Part shown: piece after piece, positions 40,001-58,208 of the stretch
How the letters are laid out: each line of letters opens with the position of its first letter
Position numbering within the stretch: the first letter of the stretch is position 1
DNA from: the human T2T-CHM13v2.0 reference genome, Homo sapiens
Reading direction: 5' to 3' (one strand)
Assembly: GCF_009914755.1 (NCBI RefSeq)
Contig: NC_060942.1
DNA length: 64,000 bases
Translations under genes and position numbers: made by a program
Notes under the pieces: generated by a model
Database searches by the model: none
Seen by the model: the letters and a program-made list of their open reading frames with translations, nothing else
What the model was told of the DNA's origin: nothing

Positions 40001-43000
40001 CCTTTCTATTTATAGGTCAGTTTTGAGAAGCTCTTGTTGTGGAATCTGCAAGTGGATATTAGGATAGCTCTGAGGATTTCCTTGGAAACGGGATTACATA
40101 TAAAAAGTAGACAGCAGCATTCTCAGAACCTTCTTTGTGATGTTTGCTTTTAAGTCACAGAGTTGAATATTCCCTTACATAGAGCAGGTTTGAAACACTA
40201 TTTCTGTAGTATCTGGACATGGACATTTCGAGCGATTTCAGGCCTATGTTGAAAACGGAAATATCTTCCCATAAATACTAGACAGAAGCATTCTCAGAAA
40301 TTTCTTTGTGATGTGTGTCCTCAACTAACAGAGTTCATCCTTTCTTATGATACAGCAGTTTTGAAACACTCTTTTTGTAGAATATGTAAGTGGATAGTTG
40401 GATAGCTCTCATTATTTCATTGGAAACGGGAGTATCAACATAGAAAACCTAGACAGAAAAATTCTCAGAAACTGCTTTATGATGTCTGCATTCACGTCAC
40501 AGAGTTGATCATTCCCTTTCATAGAGCAGGTTTGAAACACTATTTCTGTAGTATGTGGACATGGACATTTCGAGCGATTTCAGGCCTATGTTGAAAACGG
40601 AAATATCTTCCCATAAAAACTAGACAGAAGCATTCTCAGAAATTTCTTTGTGATGTGTGTCCTCAACTAACAGAGTTCATCCTTTCTTATGATACAGCAG
40701 TTTGGAAACACTCTTTTTGTAGAATATGTAAGTGGATAGTTGGATAGCTCTCACTATTTCGTTGGAAACGGGAGTATCAACATAGAAAACCTAGACAGAA
40801 ACATTCTCAGAAACTGCTTTATGATGTCTGCATTCACGTCACAGAGTTGATCATTCCCTTTCATAGAGCAGGTTTGAAACCCTCTTTCCGTAGTATCTGG
40901 ATGTGGACACTTGGAGCGCTTTGACGCTTACGGTGCAAAAGGAAATATCTTCCCATAAAAACTAGACAGAAGCATTCTCACAAACTGGATTGTGATGTTT
41001 GTCCTCAACTAACAGAGTTGAAACTTTCTATTTACAGAGCACTTTTGAAAGACTCTTTTTGGAGAATCTGCAAGTGGATATTTGGAGAGCTTTAAGGATT
41101 TCATTGGAAACGGGAATATCTTCATATAAAATCTAGACAGAGGCATTCTCAGAAACTTCTTTGTGATGTGTGTCCTCAACCAACGGAGTACATCCTGTCT
41201 TTTGATACAGCAGTTTGGAAACACTCTTTTTGTAGAATCTGCAAGTGGATATTTGGATAGCTCTAACGATTTCGTTGGAAACGGGAATATCTTCATAAAA
41301 AATCTAGACAGAAGCACTCTCAGAAACTACTTTGTGATATCGGCATTCAAGTCACAGAGTTGAACATTCCCTTTCATGGAGCAGGTTTGAAACACTCTTT
41401 TTGTAGTATCTGGAAGTGGACCTTTGGAGCCCTTTAATGATTTTGGTGAAAAAGGAAATATCTTCCCATAAAAACGAGACAGAAGCATTCTCAGAAACTT
41501 GTTTGTGATTTGTGTACTCAACTAACAGAGTTGAACCTTTCTTTTTACAGAGCCGTTTTGAAACACTCTTTTTGTAGAATCTGCAAGTGCATATTTGAAT
41601 GGCTTTAAGGATTTCGTTGGAAATGGCAATATCTTCATGTAAAACCTACACAGAAGCATTCTCAGAAACTTCTTTGTGATGTGTGTCCTCAACTAACAGA
41701 GTTGAACCTTTCTTTTGACAGAGCAGTTTTGAAACACTCTTTTTGTAGGATCTGCAAGTGGATATTTGGATAGCTTAGAGGATTTCCTGGGAAATGGGAA
41801 TATATTCATATGAAATCTAGACAGAAGCATTCTCAGAAACTTCTTTGTGATCTTTTCATTCAACTCGTAGAGTTGAACATTCCCTTTCATAGAGCCAGTT
41901 TGAAACACTCTTCTTGTAGTATCGGGAAGTGGACATTTGGAGCGCTCTGACGCCTATGGTGAAAATGGAAATATCTTCCCATAAAAACTAGACAGAAGGA
42001 TTCTCAGAAACATGTTTGTGATGTATGTACTCAGCTAAGAGAGTGGAACCTTTCTTTTTACAGAGCAGCTTTGATACACTATTTTTGTAGAATCTGCAAT
42101 TTGATATTTTGATTGCTTTAAAGATATCGTTGGAAACAGGAATATCTTCATATAAAATCTAGACAGAAGCACTCTCGGAAACGACTTTGTGATATCTGCA
42201 TTCAAGTCTCAGAGTTGAACGTTCCCTTTCTTAGAGCAGGTTTGAAACACTCTTTTTGTAGTATCTGGAAGTGGACATTTGGAGCGCTTTGACGCCTTTG
42301 GTGAAAAAGGAAATGTCTTCCCATAAAAACTAGACAGAAGCATTCTAAGAAACTTCTTTGGGATATATGTACTCAACTAACAGAGTTGAACCTTTCTATT
42401 TATAGATCAGTTTTGAAACGCTCTTTTTGTGGAATCTGCAAGTGGATATTTGGATGGCTTTGAGGATTTCGTTGGAAACGGGATTATATATAAAAAGTAG
42501 ACAGCAACATTCTCAGAAGCTTCTTTGTGATGTTTGCTTTTAAGTCACAGGTTTGAACATTCCCTTTCATAAAGCAGGTTTGAAACACTCTTTCTGTAGT
42601 ATCTGGAAGTGGACATTTTGAGCGCTTTCTGGCCTATGTTGAAAAAGGAAATATCTTTCCATAAAAAGTAGACAGAAGCATTCTCAGAAACTTATTTGTG
42701 ATGTGTGTCCTCAACTAACAGAGCTGTACCTTTCTTTTGATACAGCAGTTTGGAAACACTCTTTTTGTAGAATTTGCAAGTGGATATTTGGATAACTTCG
42801 AAGATTTCGTTGGAAACGGGAATATCTTCATATAAAATCTAGACAGAAGCATTCTCAGAAACTGCTTTTTGATGTCTGCATTCAAGTCACAGAGTTGAAC
42901 ATTCCCTTTCATCTAGCCGGTTTGAAACACTCTTTTTGTAGTATCTGGATGTGGACATTTTGAGCGCTTTGACGCCTACAGTGAAAAAGGAAATATCTTC

Positions 43001-43168
43001 CCATAAAAAGTAGACAGAAGCATTCTCAGAAACTTGTTTGTGATGTATGTCCTCAACTAACAGAGTTGAACAATTCTTTTTACAGAGCAGTTTTGAAACA
43101 CTCTTTTTGTAGAATCTGCAGGTGGATATTGGGATAGCTTTAAGGATTTCATTGGAAACGGGAATATC
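37008..43168 (+). repeat. Divergent/degenerate HOR-like alpha satellite flank (same monomer family, not homogenised)
   Basis: Same monomer types as the super-HOR but with many private substitutions, a truncated monomer (~39090), a 342-bp tandem duplication and no long exact periodicity. Confidence 0.85.
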
Positions 43169-45451
43169 CAAATATCAACTTGCAGATTCTACAAAAATAG
43201 TGTATCAAAGCTGCTCTGTAAAAAGAAAGGTTCCACTCTGTTAGCTGAGTACACACATCACAAACATGTTTCTGAGAATCCTTCTGTGTAGTTTTTATAG
43301 GAAGATATTTCCTTTTTCAGCATAGGCATCAGAGCGCTCCAAATGTCCACTTCCCGGTAGTACAAGAAGAGTGTTTCAAACCGGCTCTATGAAAGGGAAT
43401 GTTCAACTCTACGAGTTGAATGAAAAGATCACAAAGAAGTTTCTGAGAATGCTTCTGTCTAGATTTTATATGTATATATTCCCGTTTCCAACGAAATCCT
43501 CTAAGCTATCCAAATATCCACTTGCAGATTCCGCAAAAAGAGTGTTTCAAAACTGCTCTGTCAAAAGAAAGGTTCAATTCTGTTAGTTGAGTACAAACAT
43601 CACAAAGAAGTTTCTGAGAATGCTTCTGTCTAGTTTTTATGGGAAGATATTTCCTTTTTCACCATGGGCCTCAAAGTGCTTCAAACGTCCACTTCCAGAT
43701 ACTACAAAAAGAGTGTTTCAAACCTGCTCTATGAAAGAGAATGTTCAATTCTGTGACTTGAAGGCAGACATCACAAAGCAGTTTCTGAGAATGCTTCTGT
43801 CGAGATTATATACGAAGATACTCCCGTTTCCAACGAAATCCTAAAATCTATCCAAATATCCACTTGCAGATTCTACAAAAAGAGTGTTTCAAAACTGCTC
43901 TGTGAAAAGAAAGCTTCAACTCTGTTAGCTGAGTACACACATCACAGACAAGTTTCTGAGAATGCTTCTGTCTATTTTTTATGGGAAGATATTTCCTTTT
44001 TCACCATAGGCGTCAAAGCGCTCGAAATGTCCACTTCCACATACTACAAAAAGAGTGTTTCAAACCTTCTCTATGAAAGGGAATGTTCAACTCTATGAGT
44101 TGAATGCAAACATCAGAACGAAATTTCTGAGAATGCTGCTGTCCACTTTTTATATGAATGCGCGCTTTCAACGAAATCCTCAAAGCAATCCAAATATCCA
44201 CTTGCAGATTCCACAAAAAGAGTGTTTCAAAACTCCTCTATCAATAGAAAGTTTCAACTCTGTTAGTTGAGGACACACATCACAAATAAGTTTCTAAGAA
44301 TGCTTCTGTGTAGATTTTACATGAAGATATTCCCGTTTCCAATGCCATCCTTAAAGCCATGCAAATATCCACTTGCAGATTCTACAAAAAGAGTGTTTCA
44401 AAACTGCTCTGTAAAAAGAAAGGTTCAACTCTGTTAGTTGAGTACACACATCACAAACAAGTTTCTGAGAATGCTTCTGTCTCGTTTTTATGGGAAGATA
44501 TTTCCTTTTTCACCAAAGTCGTCAAAGCGCTCCAAATGTCCACTTCCAGATACTACAAAAAGAATGTTTCAAACCTGCTCCATGAAAGGGAATGTTCAAC
44601 TCTGTGACTTGAATGCCGATATCACAAAGTAGTTTCTGAGAGTGCTTCTGTCTAGATTTTATATGAAGATATTCTCATTTCCAATGAAATCGTTAGAGCT
44701 ATCCAAATATCCACTTGCAGATTCTACAAAAAGAGTGTTTCCAAACTGCTGTATCAAAAGAAAGGTTGAACTTTGTTAGTTGAGGACACACATTACAAAG
44801 AAGTTTCTGAGAATGCTTCTGTCTAGATTTTATATGAAGATTTTCCCGTTTCCAATGAAATCCTTAAAGCTATCCCAATATCCACCTGTAGATTCTACAA
44901 AAAGAGTGTTTCAAAACTGCTCTGTAAAAAGAATGGTTCAACTCTGTTAGTTGAGGACACACATCACAAACAAGTTTCTGAGAATGCTTCTGTCTAGTTT
45001 TTGTGGGAAGATATTTCCTTTTTCACCGTAGGCATCAAAGCGCTCCAAATGTCCACATTCAGATACTACAAAAAGAGTGTTTCAAACCTGCTCGATGAAA
45101 GGGAATGTTCAACTCTGTGACTTGAATGCAGACATCACAAAGCAGTTTCTGAGAATGTTTCTGTCTAGATTTTATATGAAGATACTCCCGTTTCCAATGA
45201 AATCCACAAAGCTATCCAAATATCCACTTGCAGATTCTACAGAAAGCGTGTTTCCAAACTGCTCTGTCAAACGAAATGTTCAACTCCGTTAGTTGAGGAC
45301 ACACATCAGAAACAAGTTTCTGCGAATGCTTCTGTGTAGTTTTTATGGGAAGATATTTCCTTTTCCACCATAGGCCTGAAAGCGCTCGAAATGTCCACTT
45401 CCAGATACTACAGAAAGAGTGTTTCAAACCTGCTCTATGAAAGGGAATGTT
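43169..45451 (-). repeat. Inverted alpha satellite block (~13 monomers)
   Basis: Motifs read as reverse complement (CATCACAAAGAAGTTTCTGAGAATGCTTCTGTCTAG). Spurious satellite ORFs switch from the - to the + strand at this point. Confidence 0.97.
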
Positions 45452-45767
45452 TTATATTTGTATGTATCATATGCCAATTGTTACCTTTTTTGGCAGCACT
45501 GAAAATTCAGGTGATCTTAAACATCAGACAGATAACACAAATAAGTGGTCCAGGTAAGGACTGTGTGAAATAGAAAACATATCCTCTCTCAGAAAACAGT
45601 GAGAGGATATTGCTGATGTGCAGGCCTCTGGCCCTTTGTTGAGAAACAGTTATTGGAAATCAGATTTGTATTTGAAGTATTCCAGTTTTTAAATTAGCAA
45701 CTATTTTCTTGCAACCCCAGCACTTTTGGAGGCCAAGATGGGCAGATTGCTTGAGCTCAGTAGTTCA

Positions 45768-48507
<2,740 letters not shown>

Positions 48508-49141
48508 CATCTCAAAAAAAAGATAAATTAGCAACTAAACGATATTTTTAAAATATGATATGAGTCTAACAAAACAAATAAGGCTAAATATGACTAAGGT
48601 CTCTTGCTAGTTCTAATCATTTTTCAGTTAGTTGTTTGGAACAGTTTTGGTAAGCAATCATGATCGGCAAGTAATGGCAGGTTTGCTGCTTCTTTCCAAT
48701 ATGTGTAATACGTATTTGTGTTTTGCTGCATTTATCTCAGAAAAATGTTGAATAATAGTAGGAATCCTGGTTGTTTCTGACTCTGGTTTCCTTGTTAATT
48801 ACAATGTTTGTTCTAGGTTGGCCTGCCTCTTTTATAGTTAGAGGAGTTATTGATCACATAATTTGTAATAATAATATGATTAACATGAGAATAGTTGAGA
48901 GTTTCTACTTTTTGAGTATTTGTGGTGCAAGTGTGAATTAATGTAATACATTCATTAAACAAGTGAGCTAATGAGAAATACAATTTCAGGCACGATTATG
49001 AAGATGTTCCCTTTTTTCTATGACAGTAAATGCACTTTCTTGAAAGCCTGGTTGGAATAGATATGACATTATAATGTAATGTAAATACTCTTTGGATTGT
49101 AAATGGTATAAATAATGTTGATGAAATAAACAAGGTATAGA

Positions 49142-49475
<334 letters not shown>

Positions 49476-50438
49476 TTATAGAGTATTACATGTGAAAAGT
49501 GTAATGCCATTTATATAAATGTAGAAGCCATATAAAACAGCTTTATATAGATACAAGGGTTTTAGCAAAGGGACAGAATGCGAATGAGGAGAATACACAT
49601 CAAATTAACAGCAGTTATTTATGGCTTTTGAGGGGGAAGGAAAGAGAATAGAACTGGGAACGGAGGTACACAGAAGTCTTTGGTTAAATCTGTAATTTTT
49701 ATTTCTTTAAAAAAAGCAATTTAAAGGAAATATAAAGACAATATTTGCTCATTCTGGGTAGTAGGTATAAAAATGCATTTTATATTTTTTGCAGAATTAA
49801 AAAATATCAGTATTATCTTGAACTTAGTAAAATAAATGAGCCTATTCACAGATAGCAGTGTTTAATGCAGTATAATTATATGGATAATTAGAATAACAAT
49901 ATGGTACACAGGACAGACCTAGGAATTCTTGTTGAATAGTCAGAACCACAGAAGTGAGCTGTAGTTGACACAGGATGTAATGTATATATGGTGTAAAAAG
50001 GAAAAATAAGAAAAATTTCTATAATAGCTAATATTAGTTTCTGAATATTATGAAATGACAACATACAACATATATCCAACTGAACAATGCCTAGAGATGA
50101 ATTTTAGTAATAAAGTTCCTGTTAAATGACATTACCATAAAGGAAAAATAATCTATAGTGTTCATAAAGCTCATAATTCATTTAATGTTTCCTTTATGAA
50201 GTGTAGCCTGCTAGAGGCTTTCAGTCCAGTAAAAAATGACACCTATTATTATATTTGTTATTTTGCATTTGATAAAATGTTCATTTACAGCTATATTTCT
50301 GCCTACTATAAATGAGTGATGAGTTCATACTATAAAGTTTAAAAAACCAAGACTTATTTCCATACCATGACAGTGAAATCAAAGTTTTCCCCTCTAAATA
50401 ACAGATTATGATATATGAAATATACTAAAGCCCAGTAA

Positions 50439-50837
<399 letters not shown>

Positions 50838-51198
50838 TAAACATATAAAATTGTCCTATCATAAAGTAGGGATGTTAATACCTATAGTTGGTAATACCTT
50901 GTAAAGTTGAGAATAGGATACTTTTTGTAAAGGTGAAAGTTACGTTTTAACCTTGAAACATCTTAATTTCAAGATCTTGAGGTAATAACGTAGTGGAAAC
51001 ATTTTTTTTTCTTTTCTAGTTTTGACCTCCTTTATGCCTACTCTTAGATGGCCCCTCTTGTGATTAATTGACATATTTTGAATGAGAATTAGGCCTGAGC
51101 AGAGTTAGCAAATGTGTTGCACACAGCACAGAACTTACATCAACCAGAACTAATGAAACCTTGGCCAAGAGTGAGTAAATCTAAGAAACATCCATTCA

Positions 51199-51927
<729 letters not shown>

Positions 51928-51992
51928 CTAGTCTAAGTGAAAGTTAGATTCTACACTCACAGTTATCCAGGCAAATGAACCACTTAATTCAA

Positions 51993-52091
51993 TTTAATAG
52001 CCAAACCATCCTACATGGTACAAGAAACCAATTTATAGGATTAACATACAAGTGTCACTTTATTCACAATCTTTGCATTATACACTTTATT
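51993..52091 (-). terminator. ROCK1: Candidate distal ROCK1 polyadenylation signal cluster
   Basis: Minus-strand ATTAAA (51993-51998) with a CA at 51977-51976, plus AATAAA at 52059-52064 and 52086-52091. Consistent with my recollection of a long-3'UTR ROCK1 isoform. Confidence 0.5.
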
Positions 52092-52623
52092 TCTAAGCAT
52101 TTATATTTTTTCCCTTGAATCTCCAACATCTCAAATACTTTATGGGAAACAGTATAGCTTGGGAGAAAGTATCATATCTTAATTCTCATAAGACAATTCA
52201 TTAACATTTGGCAAAAGAAAGGAGATATTTAATCTCTTTGTATGTTAGACTTTCAATATGTGAAGTGGAATTAATGTTATTCTTTTCCTACCTCACAAAA
52301 ATCTGAGTTACATATACTTTGGAGATAATCCATTAGAAAACACAGCTAACTGTTAATAACAGTTATGAAGGAATTGGTGGGGTGGGGTGGGGTTTAGGAA
52401 GTGCAGACTGACTTTCTACTAGAATATTCTTTGCATTTAATTTATTGCAATAAGCATAGATCTTGTCCAGAAAAAAAACACTAAAAGCATAAAAGATTTG
52501 GCAGTAAATATATCTAGGCCATTGAGCATGGCTTTATATATACATACTATCCAACCAGAAATTGATTTGAACAGTAAACATTATAAAAACAAAGAATAAT
52601 TGTGATTAAGATTTCCAAGTGTC

Positions 52624-52706
52624 AGGCCAGGCACGGTGGCCTACACCTGTAATGAGAGAGTAAAACTGCTTGAGGCTAGGAGTTAGAGACCACCCTGGGC
52701 AACATA
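52624..52706 (+). mobile_element. Degenerate Alu left-arm fragment
   Basis: GGCCAGGCACGGTGGC...CCTGTAAT...GGAGTTAGAGACCACCCTGGGCAACATA. Confidence 0.65.
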
Positions 52707-52897
52707 ATCTCATCGGATTGTCATTATATGACTATTTATTAACCTAATGATCAACTTTAAAAATCATTTGTTTATTTAAAAAAACCATTTCCGTTTATTC
52801 ATGTCTTTTTAAACTTCTCCAAATGTCTTACAATTTTCTTGGTGGAGGTCGTATACATCTTTCAGTAGATTGTTTTTAAATTTATATGGGAATGCAA

Positions 52898-53480
<583 letters not shown>

Positions 53481-53599
53481 AAGTTAACTATGAATTACAA
53501 ACTCAAGTAACTATGAGTTTGTCATTTAAGTTCTTTTACTTATTTTTTTTACTTTAAATGAAGGGTGAATGGGTTAATTTAAGCTGAAACCCCAAATGA

Positions 53600-54290
53600 C
53601 AGGTCATGAGTGAACCTGTGAATAATGACAGTGGCTATGTTTTCTTTGTTGCCCAAAGCTGGAGTTCCTGATCTCAGAGAAGCTTACAGGTGTGGGTGCA
53701 TGGGCTAACTCAATGCTGAACCTTCATTCCACACTCCTAGTGTGTCCTCCTGTAACAAATTAGAGAGAAAGCTAGAGGCTATATTTCTCAGACTTTCTTG
53801 CAGCTAGGGGTCTGGATGTGATTTAATTTTGGCCACGTAGATGCACCTAGAGAAGGCAGACGTGAGATGCAGGCTGTGCTAAATGCCAGCAAGCAGGGTC
53901 ATGGAAGTGCCTTTTCTGAGGCAGTGTGCAGACATGAGGTTCTTAAGTGGCAAGAGGAATGGTACAAAACATCTAACTGGAGGTAGATTGTAGCAAGCCT
54001 GACAAGTGTTGCAGAGAACCAGCAGTGGTAGTGTGGATTCCTGATTATGGCACTATCTGGACCCTCTCAATATTGGTATACTTGGGAGTGAGTGGTTTCC
54101 TGAACTTAGAAGAGGAAGCAGCTCTCCTGGTTGACCCAGTTCTGTAATGTGGCATTGGGAGTGATTCCTCAAAGCTCTCTCAGTTCTCAACAATTCTAAG
54201 TTCAGATTAGTATGTCATTTGGAAAGTCTTCTCTTGCTTAAACTAATTAGAATTAACTCTGTTCTCTGCAACTGGACCTTAAAATATTAG
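53600..54290. mobile_element. Probable old ERVL LTR (LTR33-like); boundaries approximate
   Basis: Contains TTCTCAGACTTTCTTGCAGCTAGGGG...GATGTGA, a motif I associate with LTR33. GC richer than its flanks. Confidence 0.4.
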
Positions 54291-54336
54291 GTAATGGTGA
54301 TGAGTCTGAGAAGGTAGTAAGGACACCGTCAGGAAC

Positions 54337-54749
54337 TGTGCTGAGATTTTATCCTGTTTGCATGCTGCCAGTCACAGTTTCATGGATCCTGACAAAAGAG
54401 ATGAGACCCCTGGGTCAGAGTCAGATGACTTCATTCACAGCACAGCAAAAGCAGCATAAGTTTCACGTTCCATCAGTTCCCTTTGCCCTCCAAGCCCCAT
54501 GTGGGCAATGCAGAGTGGCCCAGGTGGGTGCTGAGCACACAGTGGGTTTGCATCATAGGTGGGAGACGTTATCTTTATTATACTGGACAGTAAAAGAACC
54601 CGACATCCTCACAAGGGAGAACTCTATCTTCCAAGGCTGTTTACTACATAAATATCCTTGGAAAAGATAGTCAAAAGAAAGGTTGTCAGAGCCTCTGCTT
54701 CCCTGATGTGTAGAAATGCAAGAGACCCATGGAGAATTGTTTTCCAACA
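54337..54749 (-). mobile_element. LTR40-like solo LTR (ERVL)
   Basis: Minus strand begins TGTTGGAAAACAATTCTCCATGGGTCTCTTGCATTTCTACAC, matching the recalled LTR40 5' end. TG...CA termini. Confidence 0.65.
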
Positions 54750-54811
54750 CACTTTAGCCAGCTTTTCATGTGAACTATTCCCACTCTTGTTTTAGAGCCC
54801 AAGACCACGTT

Positions 54812-56453
54812 TTATCTTTTAAAAATACACTTTAATCTAACCATGGAATTTCACAAACATTTATATACAATCAGAGACTAATTTGAAGTATGTTTTCCAT
54901 TCATTTCAGCCATGAGAAAACACATTGCAGTAAAAATTAAAGATACCCATCCATAAATTACTTTTATTTCTCATTAAATGAGCACAGAGTCATTAGTATA
55001 TTAATAACAGATATGTTTATTATTACATATCCATCAGTGCGGCTTTCAATACCACTTGAAACATGCATATCATCCTAGAGACGATCGGTTTTCCAGTGCT
55101 TCTTATCTGATACACATTACTGCAAAGCCATTATAAATTACTGAGGAGGTATTTGGTTAAAAAAATAAACAATAAATCATACTGTCCATATGAATCAACT
55201 CTTGTTACTGGACAAGAGTTTAACAGTATTTATCTGGTAATTCCTATGTTAACTGGAAAACATCATGGATGTATTGCCATATTTCCTTTTTATGTTGGTG
55301 CAACCTTCTACATTTTTTGCAGTTTTATAAAGTCATTATTGTAGCAGGTAGTTTGATGCAAAGATTGTACTCAATTTATGAAAGTCCAACAAACCTCTAA
55401 ATATTTTAAATTAAACCAATTATCAATGAAAAACTCACTGACACACATAATTTTTTGAAAATACATTTTTTGAAATTTCTATACTTACTCATGGCAGTAA
55501 AATAATTATCTCAAATTAAGGCACTAAAAGGACAATGCAACCCCCATTGAAAGTGTTCTAAGAATAATTTACATTTCAAACAGTGCATACATTTCTTATA
55601 TGTTTGTTAACTTAATGTCTTTATCATTTAAAACCACAAAGAAATACATTATACAATTATAGAAATGATGTACCCCACAAAATGCTTTTAAACTTGGTTC
55701 TTTTGTACAGTTAGTTTCCTAATGTCTCTAGTAGTAAAATAACTCAATATGGCTTGGCAAAAATGCATAGATTAAATGTAACTTTTTTTTGTCCTCTCCC
55801 ATTCCCCAAACTTGCTGAAACATATACAGTATTTTGTAAAGCATAATGAAAGATATTTAATTTCTCCATCAAGTCCAACATGGGCAATCAACAGTAAGGC
55901 TTTTAAATTCTACAGTGAGGGCACTGAAGTTCAAGTGATATCACTGCTTTCTTAAAATAGTTTTGTATAGTCTTGCAAGAGCACAAAAACTTAAGTCATT
56001 AAAAAAAAAACAAAACTTCAGTTTGTCTCATTTTGAGATATTTTCTTTACTCCTTCCATGAGCTGATCTTGATAGTGATGGCTGTTCCACTTGAAAGTGA
56101 AAGTCCCTTCCTCTTACTCATATGAGGAAAACTCTGTTCTATCACGACTGACAGGCATTTTCTTATAAATCCAAAAAGGCAGCACCTTTTAAAAAAAATA
56201 TATCTACCTAAGCTTTCCCCCAACTGTACTTGCATTACATAGTAATAATTAATCTAATCTACCTGTAGGCAAACCCGCAATAAAAAAAACCCTCAGTGTG
56301 TTGTGCCAAAGCAAGGACAGAAAAACAGCAATCTTAACCCTGAAGCCTGTGATATTTGTGTCAAAGAAACAGCCTGTCTGCTCTGCATGGTTAAAGAAGC
56401 CTGGTTTATCAGGTAGCATCCCACACGATTCCACAGGGCACTCAGTCACATGG
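54812..56453 (-). other. ROCK1: ROCK1 3' UTR (proximal form; may extend to ~51976)
   Basis: TE-free AT-rich sequence immediately after the stop codon, ending downstream of minus-strand AATAAA (54963-54968) and ATTAAA (54831-54836). Confidence 0.75.
54831..54836 (-). terminator. ROCK1: Proximal ROCK1 polyadenylation signal (ATTAAA)
   Basis: TTTAAT on the + strand, at the point where unique UTR-like sequence gives way to TE-derived DNA. Confidence 0.6.
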
Positions 56454-56457
56454 TTAA
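56454..56457 (-). CDS. ROCK1: ROCK1 terminal exon coding part (last base of the Ser codon + TAA)
   Basis: Polypyrimidine tract then CAG|T TAA CCATGTGACTGAG. Completes AG+T = Ser, giving the known C-terminus ...NTSGKTS*. Confidence 0.88.
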
Positions 56458-56984
56458 CTGTTGAGGGAGGGGGAAAAAACTAATTTAAGAAATGCACTCA
56501 GTTTAAAAATACAAGAAACAAACATTAGGAGGAAAGGTAAATATACATTATCTTTACATAAAATAATTAACAATTACACAAAATTTGGAAAACAAGGAAT
56601 AGGAAAAATATACTTAGTATTCTCTCCTCTTTGTTTCTACACATTTTCTTACTCAGCTATAATCTCATTTCAAATCATTTTAGATCCAGTTTACAACCTA
56701 TGCTCAGGAGAAGGCTGACATAGCATTCTACAGAATTAAGTTAGCAGTAAGGTGATAATACCTGGCATAGTATGGTGGCTGAGAAAGGAAAGGATATAAG
56801 TCATTTCAAAGAATTAGGCCTGGTTACTGACAATAGGGCATGAACAAAAGGGATGAATTCAAGATGGCTTTAAGCCTGCTTGGAAGATGTAGGTGACATT
56901 GGCAGCGAGGCAAATCAGTGTTAGGTCTCAGCTTCTAATTCGAGTGGCCCTATTAATCTAGGGAGTACACTCTAGGGAAGGTGG

Positions 56985-57125
56985 TATGTGGTAGAATAGA
57001 GGCTTTGGAATTGGACAACATAGGCTTTAGAATTGGACAGAAATGGTTTCCAATCCATTGGCTGTGTGATTGAGCAAACTGCTTAATTTCTCTGAGCCTT
57101 ATTTACTAATGTGTAAAATGAGAAC
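56985..57125 (+). mobile_element. MIR fragment
   Basis: GGCTGTGTGATTGAGCAAACTGCTTAATTTCTCTGAGCCT...TGTAAAATGAGAA resembles the MIR core. Confidence 0.65.
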
Positions 57126-57171
57126 TTAATGAGATGAGATTTCATTATTTCTCTCCAAGAAAGAGTTAACT

Positions 57172-57505
<334 letters not shown>

Positions 57506-57556
57506 TTATAATTGTTTATCATGGCATAAAACATATTTTTGGAAAAAAGTCCATCA

Positions 57557-58208
<652 letters not shown>

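Larger units (their letters stand above)
1..45451. repeat. Alpha satellite (alphoid) centromeric array, ~171-bp monomers, no TE interruptions
   Basis: Continuous ~170-bp periodic motif (CATTCTCAGAAACTTCTTTGTGATG...ACAGAGTTGAAC...TTTGAAACACTCTTTTTGTAGAATCTGCAAGTGGATATTTGG). Contains CENP-B-box-type (TTTCGTTGGAAACGGGA) and pJalpha-type (GGTGAAAAAGGAAA) monomers. Confidence 0.99.

Noticed and set aside
1-45451. CRISPR-like regular repeat array
   Set aside because: Whole monomers are homologous with no unique spacers and no cas genes; this is primate alphoid DNA.
799-45573. Dozens of 60-160 aa ORFs with recurring motifs (FLRMLLS, KGNVQLC, SKYPLADS)
   Set aside because: Translation of a 171-bp (57-codon) satellite monomer. 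They repeat with the HOR period, flip strand at the inversion and have no gene structure.
49480-49800. Possible L1ME 3' end fragment (also L2-like sequence at ~56700-56900)
   Set aside because: Too degenerate to call or bound by eye; needs RepeatMasker.
52376-52393. G-quadruplex-like GGTGGGGTGGGGTGGGG
   Set aside because: Only three full G-tracts plus GG, and on the non-mRNA strand; no supporting evidence of function.
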